Origin: Auanema rhodensis
Taxonomy: Eukaryota; Animalia; Nematoda
Length of the DNA: 64,000 nucleotides
Assembly (NCBI GenBank): GCA_964057225.1
Contig: CAXKVF010000084.1
Location: forward strand, 62,001-126,000
Reading direction: 5' to 3'
Below the pieces are notes generated by a model. The model did not search any database. It saw only the letters and a program-made list of their open reading frames with translations, and was not told where the DNA came from. Below are positions 11,601-24,992 of the stretch, piece after piece (the stretch's first letter is position 1; each line of letters opens with the position of its first letter). Made by a program: the position numbers and the translations under genes.

Positions 11601-14600
11601 GTGTACATTTAATTAGCATAAATTAAAGTTCACGTAAATTTCAAAGTCATGGTTACCATGAACCAATATCAATAAAAATTTGTTTTTAGACTAATATGGA
11701 CATGGGGAATCTAATTTTGAAAACCGCATCTCTTTATCTTTCACGTGAAGCGAGTTACATACCAAGTGCACATCACGTGTACATTTAATTAGCATAAATT
11801 AAAGTTCACGTAAATTTCAAAGTCATGGTTACCATGAAGCAATATCAATAAAAATTTGTTTTTAGACTAATATGGACATGGGGAATCTAATTTTGAAAAC
11901 CGCATCTCTTTATCTTTCACGTGAAGCGAGTTACATACCAAGTGCACATCACGTGTACATTTAATTAGCATAAATTAAAGTTCACGTAAATTTCAAAGTC
12001 ATGGTTACCATGAAGCAATATCAATAAAAATTTGTTTTTAGACTAATATGGACATGGGGAATCTAATTTCGAAAACCGCATCTCTTTATCTTTCACGTGA
12101 AGCGAGTTACATACCAAGTGCACATCACGTGTACATTTAATTAGCATAAATTAAAGTTCACGTAAATTTCAAAGTCATGGTTACCATGAACCATTATCAA
12201 TAAAAATTTGTTTTTAGACTAATATGGACATGGGGAATCTAATTTTGAAAACCGCATCTTTTTATCTTTCACGTGAAGCGAGTTACATACCAAGTGCACA
12301 TCACGTGTACATTTAATTAGCATAAATTGAAGTTCACGTAAATTTCAAAGTCATGGTTACCATGAAGCAATATCAATAAAAATTTGTTTTTAGACTAATA
12401 TGGACATGGGGAATCTAAATTTGAAAACCGCATCTCTTTATCTTTCACGTGAAGCAAGTTACATACCAAGTGCACATCACGTGTACATTTAATTAGCATG
12501 AATTAAAGTTCACGTAAATTTCAAAGTCATGGTTACCATGCACCAATATCAATAAAAATTTGTTTTTAGACTAATATGGACATGGGGAATCTAATTTTGA
12601 AAACCGCATCTCTTTATCTTTCACGTGAAGCGAGTTACATACCAAGTGCACATCACGTGTACATTTAATTAGCATAAATTAAAGTTCACGTAAATTTCAA
12701 AGTCATGGTTACCATGCACCAATATCAATAAAAATTTGTTTTTAGACTAATATGGACATGGGGGATCTAATTTTGAAAACCGCATCTCTTTATCTTTCAC
12801 GTGAAGCGAGTTACATACCAAGTGCACATCACGTGTACATTTAATTAGCATAAATTAAAGTTCACGTAAATTTCAAAGTCATGGTTACCATGAAGCAATA
12901 TCAATAAAAATTTGTTTTTAGACTAATATGGACATGGGGAATCTAATTTTGAAAACCGCATCTCTTTATCTTTCATGTGAAGCGAGTTACATACCAAGTG
13001 CACATCACGTGTACATTTAATTAGCATAAATTAAAGTTCACGTAAATTTCAAAGTCATGGTTACCATGCACCAATATCAATAAAAATTTGTTTTTAGACT
13101 AATATGGACATGGGGGATCTAATTTTGAAAACCGCATCTCTTTATCTTTCACGTGAAGCGAGTTACATACCAAGTGCACATCACGTGTACATTTAATTAG
13201 CATAAATTAAAGTTCACGTAAATTTCAAAGTCATGGTTACCATGAACCAATATCAATAAAAATTCGTTTTTAGACTAATATGGACATGGGGAATCTAATT
13301 TTGAAAACCGCATCTCTTTATCTTTCATGTGAAGCGAGTTACATACCAAGTGCACATCACGTGTACATTTAATTAGCATAAATTAAAGTTCACGTAAATT
13401 TCAAAGTCATGGTTACCATGCACCAATATCAATAAAAATTTGTTTTTAGACTAATATGGACATGGGGGATCTAATTTTGAAAACCGCATCTCTTTATCTT
13501 TCACGTGAAGCGAGTTACATACCAAGTGCACATCACGTGTACATTTAATTAGCATAAATTAAAGTTCACGTAAATTTCAAAGTCATGGTTACCATGAAGC
13601 AATATCAATAAAAATTTGTTTTAAGACTAATATGGACATGGGGAATCTAATTTTGAAAACCGCATCTCTTTATCTTTCACGTGAAGCGAGTTACATACCA
13701 AGTGCACATCACGTGTACATTTAATTAGCATAAATTAAAGTTCACGTAAATTTCAAAGTCATGGTTACCATGAACCAATATCAATAAAAATTCGTTTTTA
13801 GACTAATATGGACATGGGGAATCTAATTTTGAAAACCGCATCTCTTTATCTTTCATGTGAAGCGAGTTACATACCAAGTGCACATCACGTGTACATTTAA
13901 TTAGCATAAATTAAAGTTCACGTAAATTTCAAAGTCATGGTTACCATGAACCAATATCAATAAAAATTTGTTTTTAGACTAATATGGACATGGGGAATCT
14001 AATTTTGAAAACCGCATCTCTTTATCTTTCACGTGAAGCGAGTTACATACTAAGTGCACATCACGTGTACATTTAATTAGCATAAATTAAAGTTCACGTA
14101 AATTTCAAAGTCATGGTTACCATGAAGCAATATCAATAAAAATTTGTTTTTAGACTAATATGGACATGGGGAATCTAATTTTGAAAACCGCATCTCTTTA
14201 TCTTTCACGTGAAGCGAGTTACATACCAAGTGCACATCACGTGTACATTTAATTAGCATAAATTAAAGTTCACGTAAATTTCAAAGTCATGGTTACCATG
14301 AAGCAATATCAATAAAAATTTGTTTTTAGACTAATATGGACATGGGGAATCTAATTTTGAAAACCGCATCTCTTTATCTTTCACGTGAAGCGAGTTACAT
14401 ACCAAGTGCACATCACGTGTACATTTAATTAGCATAAATTAAAGTTCACGTAAATTTCAAAGTCATGGTTACCATGAAGCAATATCAATAAAAATTTGTT
14501 TTTAGACTAATATGGACATGGGGAATCTAATTTTGAAAACCGCATCTCTTTATCTTTCACGTGAAGCGAGTTACATACCAAGTGCACATCACGTGTACAT

Positions 14601-17424
14601 TTAATTAGCATAAATTGAAGTTCACGTAAATTTCAAAGTCATGGTTACCATGAAGCAATATCAATAAAAATTTGTTTTTAGACTAATATGGACATGGGGA
14701 ATCTAAATTTGAAAACCGCATCTCTTTATCTTTCACGTGAAGCAAGTTACATACCAAGAGCACATCACGTGTTCATTTAATTAGCATGAATTAAAGTTCA
14801 CGTAAATTTCAAAGTCATGGTTACCATGCACCAATATCAATAAAAATTTGTTTTTAGACTAATATGGACATGGGGAATCTAATTTTGAAAACCGCATCTC
14901 TTTATCTTTCACGTGAAGCGAGTTACATACCAAGTGCACATCACGTGTACATTTAATTAGCATAAATTAAAGTTCACGTAAATTTCAAAGTCATGGTTAC
15001 CATGCACCAATATCAATAAAAATTTGTTTTTAGACTAATATGGACATGGGGGATCTAATTTTGAAAACCGCATCTCTTTATCTTTCACGTGAAGCGAGTT
15101 ACATACCAAGTGCACATCACGTGTACATTTAATTAGCATAAATTAAAGTTCACGTAAATTTCAAAGTCATGGTTACCATGAAGCAATATCAATAAAAATT
15201 TGTTTTTAGACTAATATGGACATGGGGAATCTAATTTTGAAAACCGCATCTCTTTATCTTTCACGTGAAGCGAGTTACATACCAAGTGCACATCACGTGT
15301 ACATTTAATTAGCATAAATTAAAGTTCACGTAAATTTCAAAGTCATGGTTACCATTAACCAATATCAATAAAAATTTGTTTTTAGACTAATATGGACATG
15401 GGGAATCTAATTTTGAAAACCGCATCTCTTTATCTTTCATGTGAAGCGAGTTACATACCAAGTGCACATCACGTGTACATTTAATTAGCATAAATTAAAG
15501 TTCACGTAAATTTCAAAGTCATGGTTACCATGAACCAATATCAATAAAAATTTGTTTTTAGACTAATATGGACATGGGGAATCTAATTTTGAAAACCGCA
15601 TCTCTTTATCTTTCACGTGAAGCGAGTTACATACCAAGTGCACATCACGTGTACATTTAATTAGCATAAATTAAAGTTCACGTAAATTTCAAAGTCATGG
15701 TTACCATGAAGCAATATCAATAAAAATTTGTTTTTAGACTAATATGGACATGGGGAATCTAATTTTGAAAACCGCATCTCTTTATCTTTCACGTGAAGCG
15801 AGTTACATACCAAGTGCACATCACGTGTACATTTAATTAGCATAAATTAAAGTTCACGTAAATTTCAAAGTCATGGTTACCATGAAGCAATATCAATAAA
15901 AATTTGTTTTTAGACTAATATGGACATGGGGAATCTAATTTTGAAAACCGCATCTCTTTATCTTTCACGTGAAGCGAGTTACATACCAAGTGCACATCAC
16001 GTGTACATTTAATTAGCATAAATTAAAGTTCACGTAAATTTCAAAGTCATGGTTACCATGAAGCAATATCAATAAAAATTTGTTTTTAGACTAATATGGA
16101 CATGGGGAATCTAATTTCGAAAACCGCATCTCTTTATCTTTCACGTGAAGCGAGTTACATACCAAGTGCACATCACGTGTACATTTAATTAGCATAAATT
16201 AAAGTTCACGTAAATTTCAAAGTCATGGTTACCATGAACCAATATCAATAAAAATTTGTTTTTAGACTAATATGGACATGGGGAATCTAATTTTGAAAAC
16301 CGCATCTCTTTATCTTTCACGTGAAGCGAGTTACATACCAAGTGCACATCACGTGTACATTTAATTAGCATAAATTAAAGTTCACGTAAATTTCAAAGTC
16401 ATGGTTACCATGCACCAATATCAATAAAAATTTGTTTTTAGACTAATATGGACATGGGGAATCTAATTTTGAAAACCGCATCTCTTTATCTTTCACGTGA
16501 AGCGAGTTACATACCAAGTGCACATCACGTGTACATTTAATTAGCATAAATTAAAGTTCACGTAAATTTCAAAGTCATGGTTACCATGCACCAATATCAA
16601 TAAAAATTTGTTTTTAGACTAATATGGACATGGGGAATCTAATTTTGAAAACCGCATCTCTTTATCTTTCACGTGAAGCGAGTTACATACCAAGTGCACA
16701 TCACGTGAACATTTAATTAGCATAAATTAAAGTTCACGTAAATTTCAAAGTCATGGTTACCATGAACCAATATCAATAAAAATTTGTTTTTAGACTAATA
16801 TGGACATGGGGAATCTAATTTTGAAAACCGCATCTCTTTATCTTTCACGTGAAGCGAGTTACATACCAAGTGCACATCACGTGTACATTTAATTAGCATA
16901 AATTAAAGTTCACGTAAATTTCAAAGTCATGGTTACCATGAAGCAATATCAATAAAAATTTGTTTTTAGACTAATATGGACATGGGGAATCTAATTTTGA
17001 AAACCGCATCTCTTTATCTTTCACGTGAAGCGAGTTACATACCAAGTGCACATCACGTGTACATTTAATTAGCATAAATTAAAGTTCACGTAAATTTCAA
17101 AGTCATGGTTACCACGAACCAATATCAATAAAAATTTGTTTTTAGACTAATATGGACATGGGGAATCTAATTTTGAAAACCGCATCTCTTTATCTTTCAC
17201 GTGAAGCGAGTTACATACCAAGTGCACATCACGTGTACATTTAATTAGCATAAATTAAAGTTCACGTAAAATTCAAAGTCATGGTTACCATGCACCAATA
17301 TCAATAAAAATTTGTTTTTAGACTAATATGGACATGGGGAATCTAATTTTGAAAACCGCATCTCTTTATCTTTCACGTGAAGCGAGTTACATACCAAGTG
17401 CACATCACGTGTACATTTAATTAG
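2641..17424 (+). repeat. Tandem block duplication of 42 monomers (7392 bp): 2641-10032 and 10033-17424
   Basis: Every diagnostic variant I typed recurs 7392 bp later: CATTAACC (monomers at 2817/10209), TTTTAAGAC (6161/13553), GTGTTCAT (7217/14609), GTGAACAT (9153/16545), CCACGAACC (9681/17073). Confidence 0.93.
2993..3168 (+). repeat. Representative consensus monomer (AAC type at pos 45-47)
   Basis: 176 bp with no private variants seen; 56/176 G+C by hand count; 5 CpG (pos 17, 109, 128, 135, 160). Confidence 0.95.
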
Positions 17425-20400
17425 CATAAATTAAAGTTCACGTAAATTTCAAAGTCATGGTTACCATGAACCAATATCAATAAAAATTTGTTTTTAGACT
17501 AATATGGACATGGGGAATCTAATTTTGAAAACCGCATCTCTTTATCTTTCACGTGAAGCGAGTTACATACCAAGTGCACATCACGTGTACATTTAATTAG
17601 CATAAATTAAAGTTCACGTAAATTTCAAAGTCATGGTTACCATGAAGCAATATCAATAAAAATTTGTTTTTAGACTAATATGGACATGGGGAATCTAATT
17701 TTGAAAACCGCATCTCTTTATCTTTCACGTGAAGCGAGTTACATACCAAGTGCACATCACGTGTACATTTAATTAGCATAAATTAAAGTTCACGTAAAAT
17801 TCAAAGTCATGGTTACCATGCACCAATATCAATAAAAATTTGTTTTTAGACTAATATGGACATGGGGAATCTAATTTTGGAAACCGCATCTCTTTATCTT
17901 TCACGTGAAGCGAGTTACATACCAAGTGCACATCACGTGTACATTTAATTAGCATAAATTAAAGTTCACGTAAATTTCAAAGTCATGGTTACCATGAACC
18001 AATATCAATAAAAATTTGTTTTTAGACTAATATGGACATGGGGAATCTAATTTTAGAAACCGCATCTCTTTATCTTTCACGTGAAGCGAGTTACATACCA
18101 AGTGCACATCACGTGTACATTTAATTAGCATAAATTAAAGTTCACGTAAATTTCAAAGTCATGGTTACCATGAAGCAATATCAATAAAAATTTGTTTTTA
18201 GACTAATATGGACATGGGGAATCTAATTTTGGAAACCGCATCTCTTTATCTTTCACGTGAAGCGAGTTACATACCAAGTGCACATCACGTGTACATTTAA
18301 TTAGCATAAATTAAAGTTCACGTAAATTTCAAAGTCATGGTTACCATGAAGCAATATCAATAAAAATTTGTTTTTAGACTAATATGGACATGGGGAATCT
18401 AATTTTGAAAACCGCATCTCTTTATCTTTCACGTGAAGCGAGTTACATACCAAGTGCACATCACGTGTACATTTAATTAGCATAAATTAAAGTTCACGTA
18501 AATTTCAAAGTCATGGTTACCATGAACCAATATCAATAAAAATTTGTTTTTAGACTAATATGGACATGGGGAATCTAATTTTGAAAACCGCATCTCTTTA
18601 TCTTTCACGTGAAGCGAGTTACATACCAAGTGCACATCACGTGTACATTTAATTAGCATAAATTAAAGTTCACGTAAATTTCAAAGTCATGGTTACCATG
18701 AAGCAATATCAATAAAAATTTGTTTTTAGACTAATATGGACATGGGGAATCTAATTTTGAAAACCGCATCTCTTTATCTTTCACGTGAAGCGAGTTACAT
18801 ACCAAGTGCACATCACGTGTACATTTAATTAGCATAAATTAAAGTTCACGTAAAATTCAAAGTCATGGTTACCATGCACCAATATCAATAAAAATTTGTT
18901 TTTAGACTAATATGGACATGGGGAATCTAATTTTGGAAACCGCATCTCTTTATCTTTCACGTGAAGCGAGTTACATACCAAGTGCACATCACGTGTACAT
19001 TTAATTAGCATAAATTAAAGTTCACGTAAATTTCAAAGTCATGGTTACCATGAACCAATATCAATAAAAATTTGTTTTTAGACTAATATGGACATGGGGA
19101 ATCTAATTTTAGAAACCGCATCTCTTTATCTTTCACGTGAAGCGAGTTACATACCAAGTGCACATCACGTGTACATTTAATTAGCATAAATTAAAGTTCA
19201 CGTAAATTTCAAAGTCATGGTTACCATGAAGCAATATCAATAAAAATTTGTTTTTAGACTAATATGGACATGGGGAATCTAATTTTGGAAACCGCATCTC
19301 TTTATCTTTCACGTGAAGCGAGTTACATACCAAGTGCACATCACGTGTACATTTAATTAGCATAAATTAAAGTTCACGTAAATTTCAAAGTCATGGTTAC
19401 CATGAAGCAATATCAATAAAAATTTGTTTTTAGACTAATATGGACATGGGGAATCTAATTTTGAAAACCGCATCTCTTTATCTTTCACGTGAAGCGAGTT
19501 ACATACCAAGTGCACATCACGTGTACATTTAATTAGCATAAATTAAAGTTCACGTAAAATTCAAAGTCATGGTTACCATGCACCAATATCAATAAAAATT
19601 TGTTTTTAGACTAATATGGACATGGGGAATCTAATTTTGGAAACCGCATCTCTTTATCTTTCACGTGAAGCGAGTTACATACCAAGTGCACATCACGTGT
19701 ACATTTAATTAGCATAAATTAAAGTTCACGTAAATTTCAAAGTCATGGTTACCATGAACCAATATCAATAAAAATTTGTTTTTAGACTAATATGGACATG
19801 GGGAATCTAATTTTAGAAACCGCATCTCTTTATCTTTCACGTGAAGCGAGTTACATACCAAGTGCACATCACGTGTACATTTAATTAGCATAAATTAAAG
19901 TTCACGTAAATTTCAAAGTCATGGTTACCATGAAGCAATATCAATAAAAATTTGTTTTTAGACTAATATGGACATGGGGAATCTAATTTTGGAAACCGCA
20001 TCTCTTTATCTTTCACGTGAAGCGAGTTACATACCAAGTGCACATCACGTGTACATTTAATTAGCATAAATTAAAGTTCACGTAAATTTCAAAGTCATGG
20101 TTACCATGAAGCAATATCAATAAAAATTTGTTTTTAGACTAATATGGACATGGGGAATCTAATTTTGAAAACCGCATCTCTTTATCTTTCACGTGAAGCG
20201 AGTTACATACCAAGTGCACATCACGTGTACATTTAATTAGCATAAATTAAAGTTCACGTAAATTTCAAAGTCATGGTTACCATGAACCAATATCAATAAA
20301 AATTTGTTTTTAGACTAATATGGACATGGGGAATCTAATTTTGAAAACCGCATCTCTTTATCTTTCACGTGAAGCGAGTTACATACCAAGTGCACATCAC

Positions 20401-20592
20401 GTGTACATTTAATTAGCATAAATTAAAGTTCACGTAAATTTCAAAGTCATGGTTACCATGAAGCAATATCAATAAAAATTTGTTTTTAGACTAATATGGA
20501 CATGGGGAATCTAATTTTGAAAACCGCATCTCTTTATCTTTCACGTGAAGCGAGTTACATACCAAGTGCACATCACGTGTACATTTAATTAG
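17425..20592 (+). repeat. Local 6-mer/4-mer higher-order repeats marked by TTTTGGAAAC and TTTTAGAAAC variants
   Basis: 17425-18480 matches 18481-19536. The marked triplet starts at 17777, 18833 and 19537. Confidence 0.88.
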
Positions 20593-21120
20593 CATAAATT
20601 AAAGTTCACGTAAATTTCAAAGTCATGGTTACCATGAACCAATATCAATAAAAATTTGTTTTTAGACTAATATGGACATGGGGAATCTAATTTTGAAAAC
20701 CGCATCTCTTTATCTTTCACGTGAAGCGAGTTACATACCAAGTGCACATCACGTGTACATTTAATTAGCATAAATTAAAGTTCACGTAAATTTCAAAGTC
20801 ATGGTTACCATAAAGCAATATCAATAAAAATTTGTTTTTAGACTAATATGGACATGGGGAATCTAATTTTGAAAACCGCATCTCTTTATCTTTCACGTGA
20901 AGCGAGTTACATACCAAGTGCACATCACGTGTACATTTAATTAGCATAAATTAAAGTTCACGTAAATTTCAAAGTCATGGTTACCATGCACCAATATCAA
21001 TAAAAATTTGTTTTTAGACTAATATGGACATGGGGGATCTAATTTTGAAAACCGCATCTCTTTATCTTTCACGTGAAGCGAGTTACATACCAAGTGCACA
21101 TCACGTGTAGATTTAATTAG

Positions 21121-24100
21121 CATAAATTAAAGTTCACGTAAATTTCAAAGTCATGGTTACCATGAACCAATATCAATAAAAATTTGTTTTTAGACTAATA
21201 TGGACATGGGTAATCTAATTTTGAAAACCGCATCTCTTTATCTTTCACGTGAAGCGAGTTACATACCAAGTGCACATCACGTGTACATTTAATTAGCATA
21301 AATCAAAGTTCACGTAAATTTCAAAGTCATGGTTACCATGCACCAATATCAATAAAAATTTGTTTTTAGACTAATATGGACATGGGGGATCTAATTTTGA
21401 AAACCGCATCTCTTTATCTTTCACGTGAAGCGAGTTACATACCAAGTGCACATCACGTGTACATTTAATTAGCATAAATTAAAGTTCACGTAAATTTCAA
21501 AGTCATGGTTACCATGAACCAATATCAATAAAAATTTGTTTTTAGACTAATATGGACATGGGTAATCTAATTTTGAAAACCGCATCTCTTTATCTTTCAC
21601 GTGAAGCGAGTTACATACCAAGTGCACATCACGTGTACATTTAATTAGCATAAATTAAAGTTCACGTAAATTTCAAAGTCATGGTTACCATGCACCAATA
21701 TCAATAAAAATTTGTTTTTAGACTAATATGGACATGGGGAATCTAATTTTGAAAACCGCATCTCTTTATCTTTCACGTGAAGCGAGTTACATACCAAGTG
21801 CACATCACGTGTACATTTAATTAGCATAAATTAAAGTTCACGTAAATTTCAAAGTCATGGTTACCATGCACCAATATCAATAAAAATTAGTTTTAAGACT
21901 AATATGGACATGGGGGATCTAATTTTGAAAACCGCATCTCTTTATCTTTCACGTGAAGCGAGTTACATACCAAGTGCACATCACGTGTACATTTAATTAG
22001 CATAAATTAAAGTTCACGTAAATTTCAAAGTCATGGTTACCATGAACCAATATCAATAAAAATTTGTTTTTAGACTAATATGGACATGGGGAATCTAATT
22101 TTGAAAACCGCATCTCTTTATCTTTCACGTGAAGCGAGTTACATACCAAGTGCACATCACGTGTACATTTAATTAGCATAAATTAAAGTTCACGTAAATT
22201 TCAAAGTCATGGTTACCATGAAGCAATATCAATAAAAATTTGTTTTTAGACTAATATGGACATGGGGAATCTAATTTTGAAAACCGCATCTCTTTATCTT
22301 TCACGTGAAGCGAGTTACATACCAAGTGCACATCACGTGTACATTTAATTAGCATAAATTAAAGTTCACGTAAATTTCAAAGTCATGGTTACCATGAACC
22401 AATATCAATAAAAATTTGTTTTTAGACTAATATGGACATGGGTAATCTAATTTTGAAAACCGCATCTCTTTATCTTTCACGTGAAGCGAGTTACATACCA
22501 AGTGCACATCACGTGTACATTTAATTAGCATAAATTAAAGTTCACGTAAATTTCAAAGTCATGGTTACCATGCACCAATATCAATAAAAATTTGTTTTTA
22601 GACTAATATGGACATGGGGAATCTAATTTTGAAAACCGCATCTCTTTATCTTTCACGTGAAGCGAGTTACATACCAAGTGCACATCACGTGTACATTTAA
22701 TTAGCATAAATTAAAGTTCACGTAAATTTCAAAGTCATGGTTACCATGCACCAATATCAATAAAAATTAGTTTTAAGACTAATATGGACATGGGGGATCT
22801 AATTTTGAAAACCGCATCTCTTTATCTTTCACGTGAAGCGAGTTACATACCAAGTGCACATCACGTGTACATTTAATTAGCATAAATTAAAGTTCACGTA
22901 AATTTCAAAGTCATGGTTACCATGAACCAATATCAATAAAAATTTGTTTTTAGACTAATATGGACATGGGGAATCTAATTTTGAAAACCGCATCTCTTTA
23001 TCTTTCACGTGAAGCGAGTTACATACCAAGTGCACATCACGTGTAGATTTAATTAGCATAAATTAAAGTTCACGTAAATTTCAAAGTCATGGTTACCATG
23101 AACCAATATCAATAAAAATTTGTTTTTAGACTAATATGGACATGGGTAATCTAATTTTGAAAACCGCATCTCTTTATCTTTCACGTGAAGCGAGTTACAT
23201 ACCAAGTGCACATCACGTGTACATTTAATTAGCATAAATCAAAGTTCACGTAAATTTCAAAGTCATGGTTACCATGAAGCAATATCAATAAAAATTTGTT
23301 TTTAGACTAATATGGACATGGGGGATCTAATTTTGAAAACCGCATCTCTTTATCTTTCACGTGAAGCGAGTTACATACCAAGTGCACATCACGTGTACAT
23401 TTAATTAGCATAAATTAAAGTTCACGTAAATTTCAAAGTCATGGTTACCATGAACCAATATCAATAAAAATTTGTTTTTAGACTAATATGGACATGGGTA
23501 ATCTAATTTTGAAAACCGCATCTCTTTATCTTTCACGTGAAGCGAGTTACATACCAAGTGCACATCACGTGTACATTTAATTAGCATAAATTAAAGTTCA
23601 CGTAAATTTCAAAGTCATGGTTACCATGCACCAATATCAATAAAAATTTGTTTTTAGACTAATATGGACATGGGGAATCTAATTTTGAAAACCGCATCTC
23701 TTTATCTTTCACGTGAAGCGAGTTACATACCAAGTGCACATCACGTGTACATTTAATTAGCATAAATTAAAGTTCACGTAAATTTCAAAGTCATGGTTAC
23801 CATGCACCAATATCAATAAAAATTAGTTTTAAGACTAATATGGACATGGGGGATCTAATTTTGAAAACCGCATCTCTTTATCTTTCACGTGAAGCGAGTT
23901 ACATACCAAGTGCACATCACGTGTACATTTAATTAGCATAAATTAAAGTTCACGTAAATTTCAAAGTCATGGTTACCATGAACCAATATCAATAAAAATT
24001 TGTTTTTAGACTAATATGGACATGGGGAATCTAATTTTGAAAACCGCATCTCTTTATCTTTCACGTGAAGCGAGTTACATACCAAGTGCACATCACGTGT

Positions 24101-24992
24101 ACATTTAATTAGCATAAATTAAAGTTCACGTAAATTTCAAAGTCATGGTTACCATGAAGCAATATCAATAAAAATTTGTTTTTAGACTAATATGGACATG
24201 GGGAATCTAATTTTGAAAACCGCATCTCTTTATCTTTCACGTGAAGCGAGTTACATACCAAGTGCACATCACGTGTACATTTAATTAGCATAAATTAAAG
24301 TTCACGTAAATTTCAAAGTCATGGTTACCATGAACCAATATCAATAAAAATTTGTTTTTAGACTAATATGGACATGGGTAATCTAATTTTGAAAACCGCA
24401 TCTCTTTATCTTTCACGTGAAGCGAGTTACATACCAAGTGCACATCACGTGTACATTTAATTAGCATAAATTAAAGTTCACGTAAATTTCAAAGTCATGG
24501 TTACCATGCACCAATATCAATAAAAATTTGTTTTTAGACTAATATGGACATGGGGAATCTAATTTTGAAAACCGCATCTCTTTATCTTTCACGTGAAGCG
24601 AGTTACATACCAAGTGCACATCACGTGTACATTTAATTAGCATAAATTAAAGTTCACGTAAATTTCAAAGTCATGGTTACCATGCACCAATATCAATAAA
24701 AATTAGTTTTAAGACTAATATGGACATGGGGGATCTAATTTTGAAAACCGCATCTCTTTATCTTTCACGTGAAGCGAGTTACATACCAAGTGCACATCAC
24801 GTGTACATTTAATTAGCATAAATTAAAGTTCACGTAAGTTTCAAAGTCATGGTTACCATGAACCAATATCAATAAAAATTTGTTTTTAGACTAATATGGA
24901 CATGGGGAATCTAATTTTGAAAACCGCATCTCTTTATCTTTCACGTGAAGCGAGTTACATACCAAGTGCACATCACGTGTACATTTAATTAG
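21121..24992 (+). repeat. 11-monomer (1936 bp) tandem duplication built from 5-mer subunits
   Basis: 21121-23056 versus 23057-24992 share the order of GGGTAAT, AATCAAAG and TTAGTTTTAAG+GGGGGAT markers. Confidence 0.85.
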
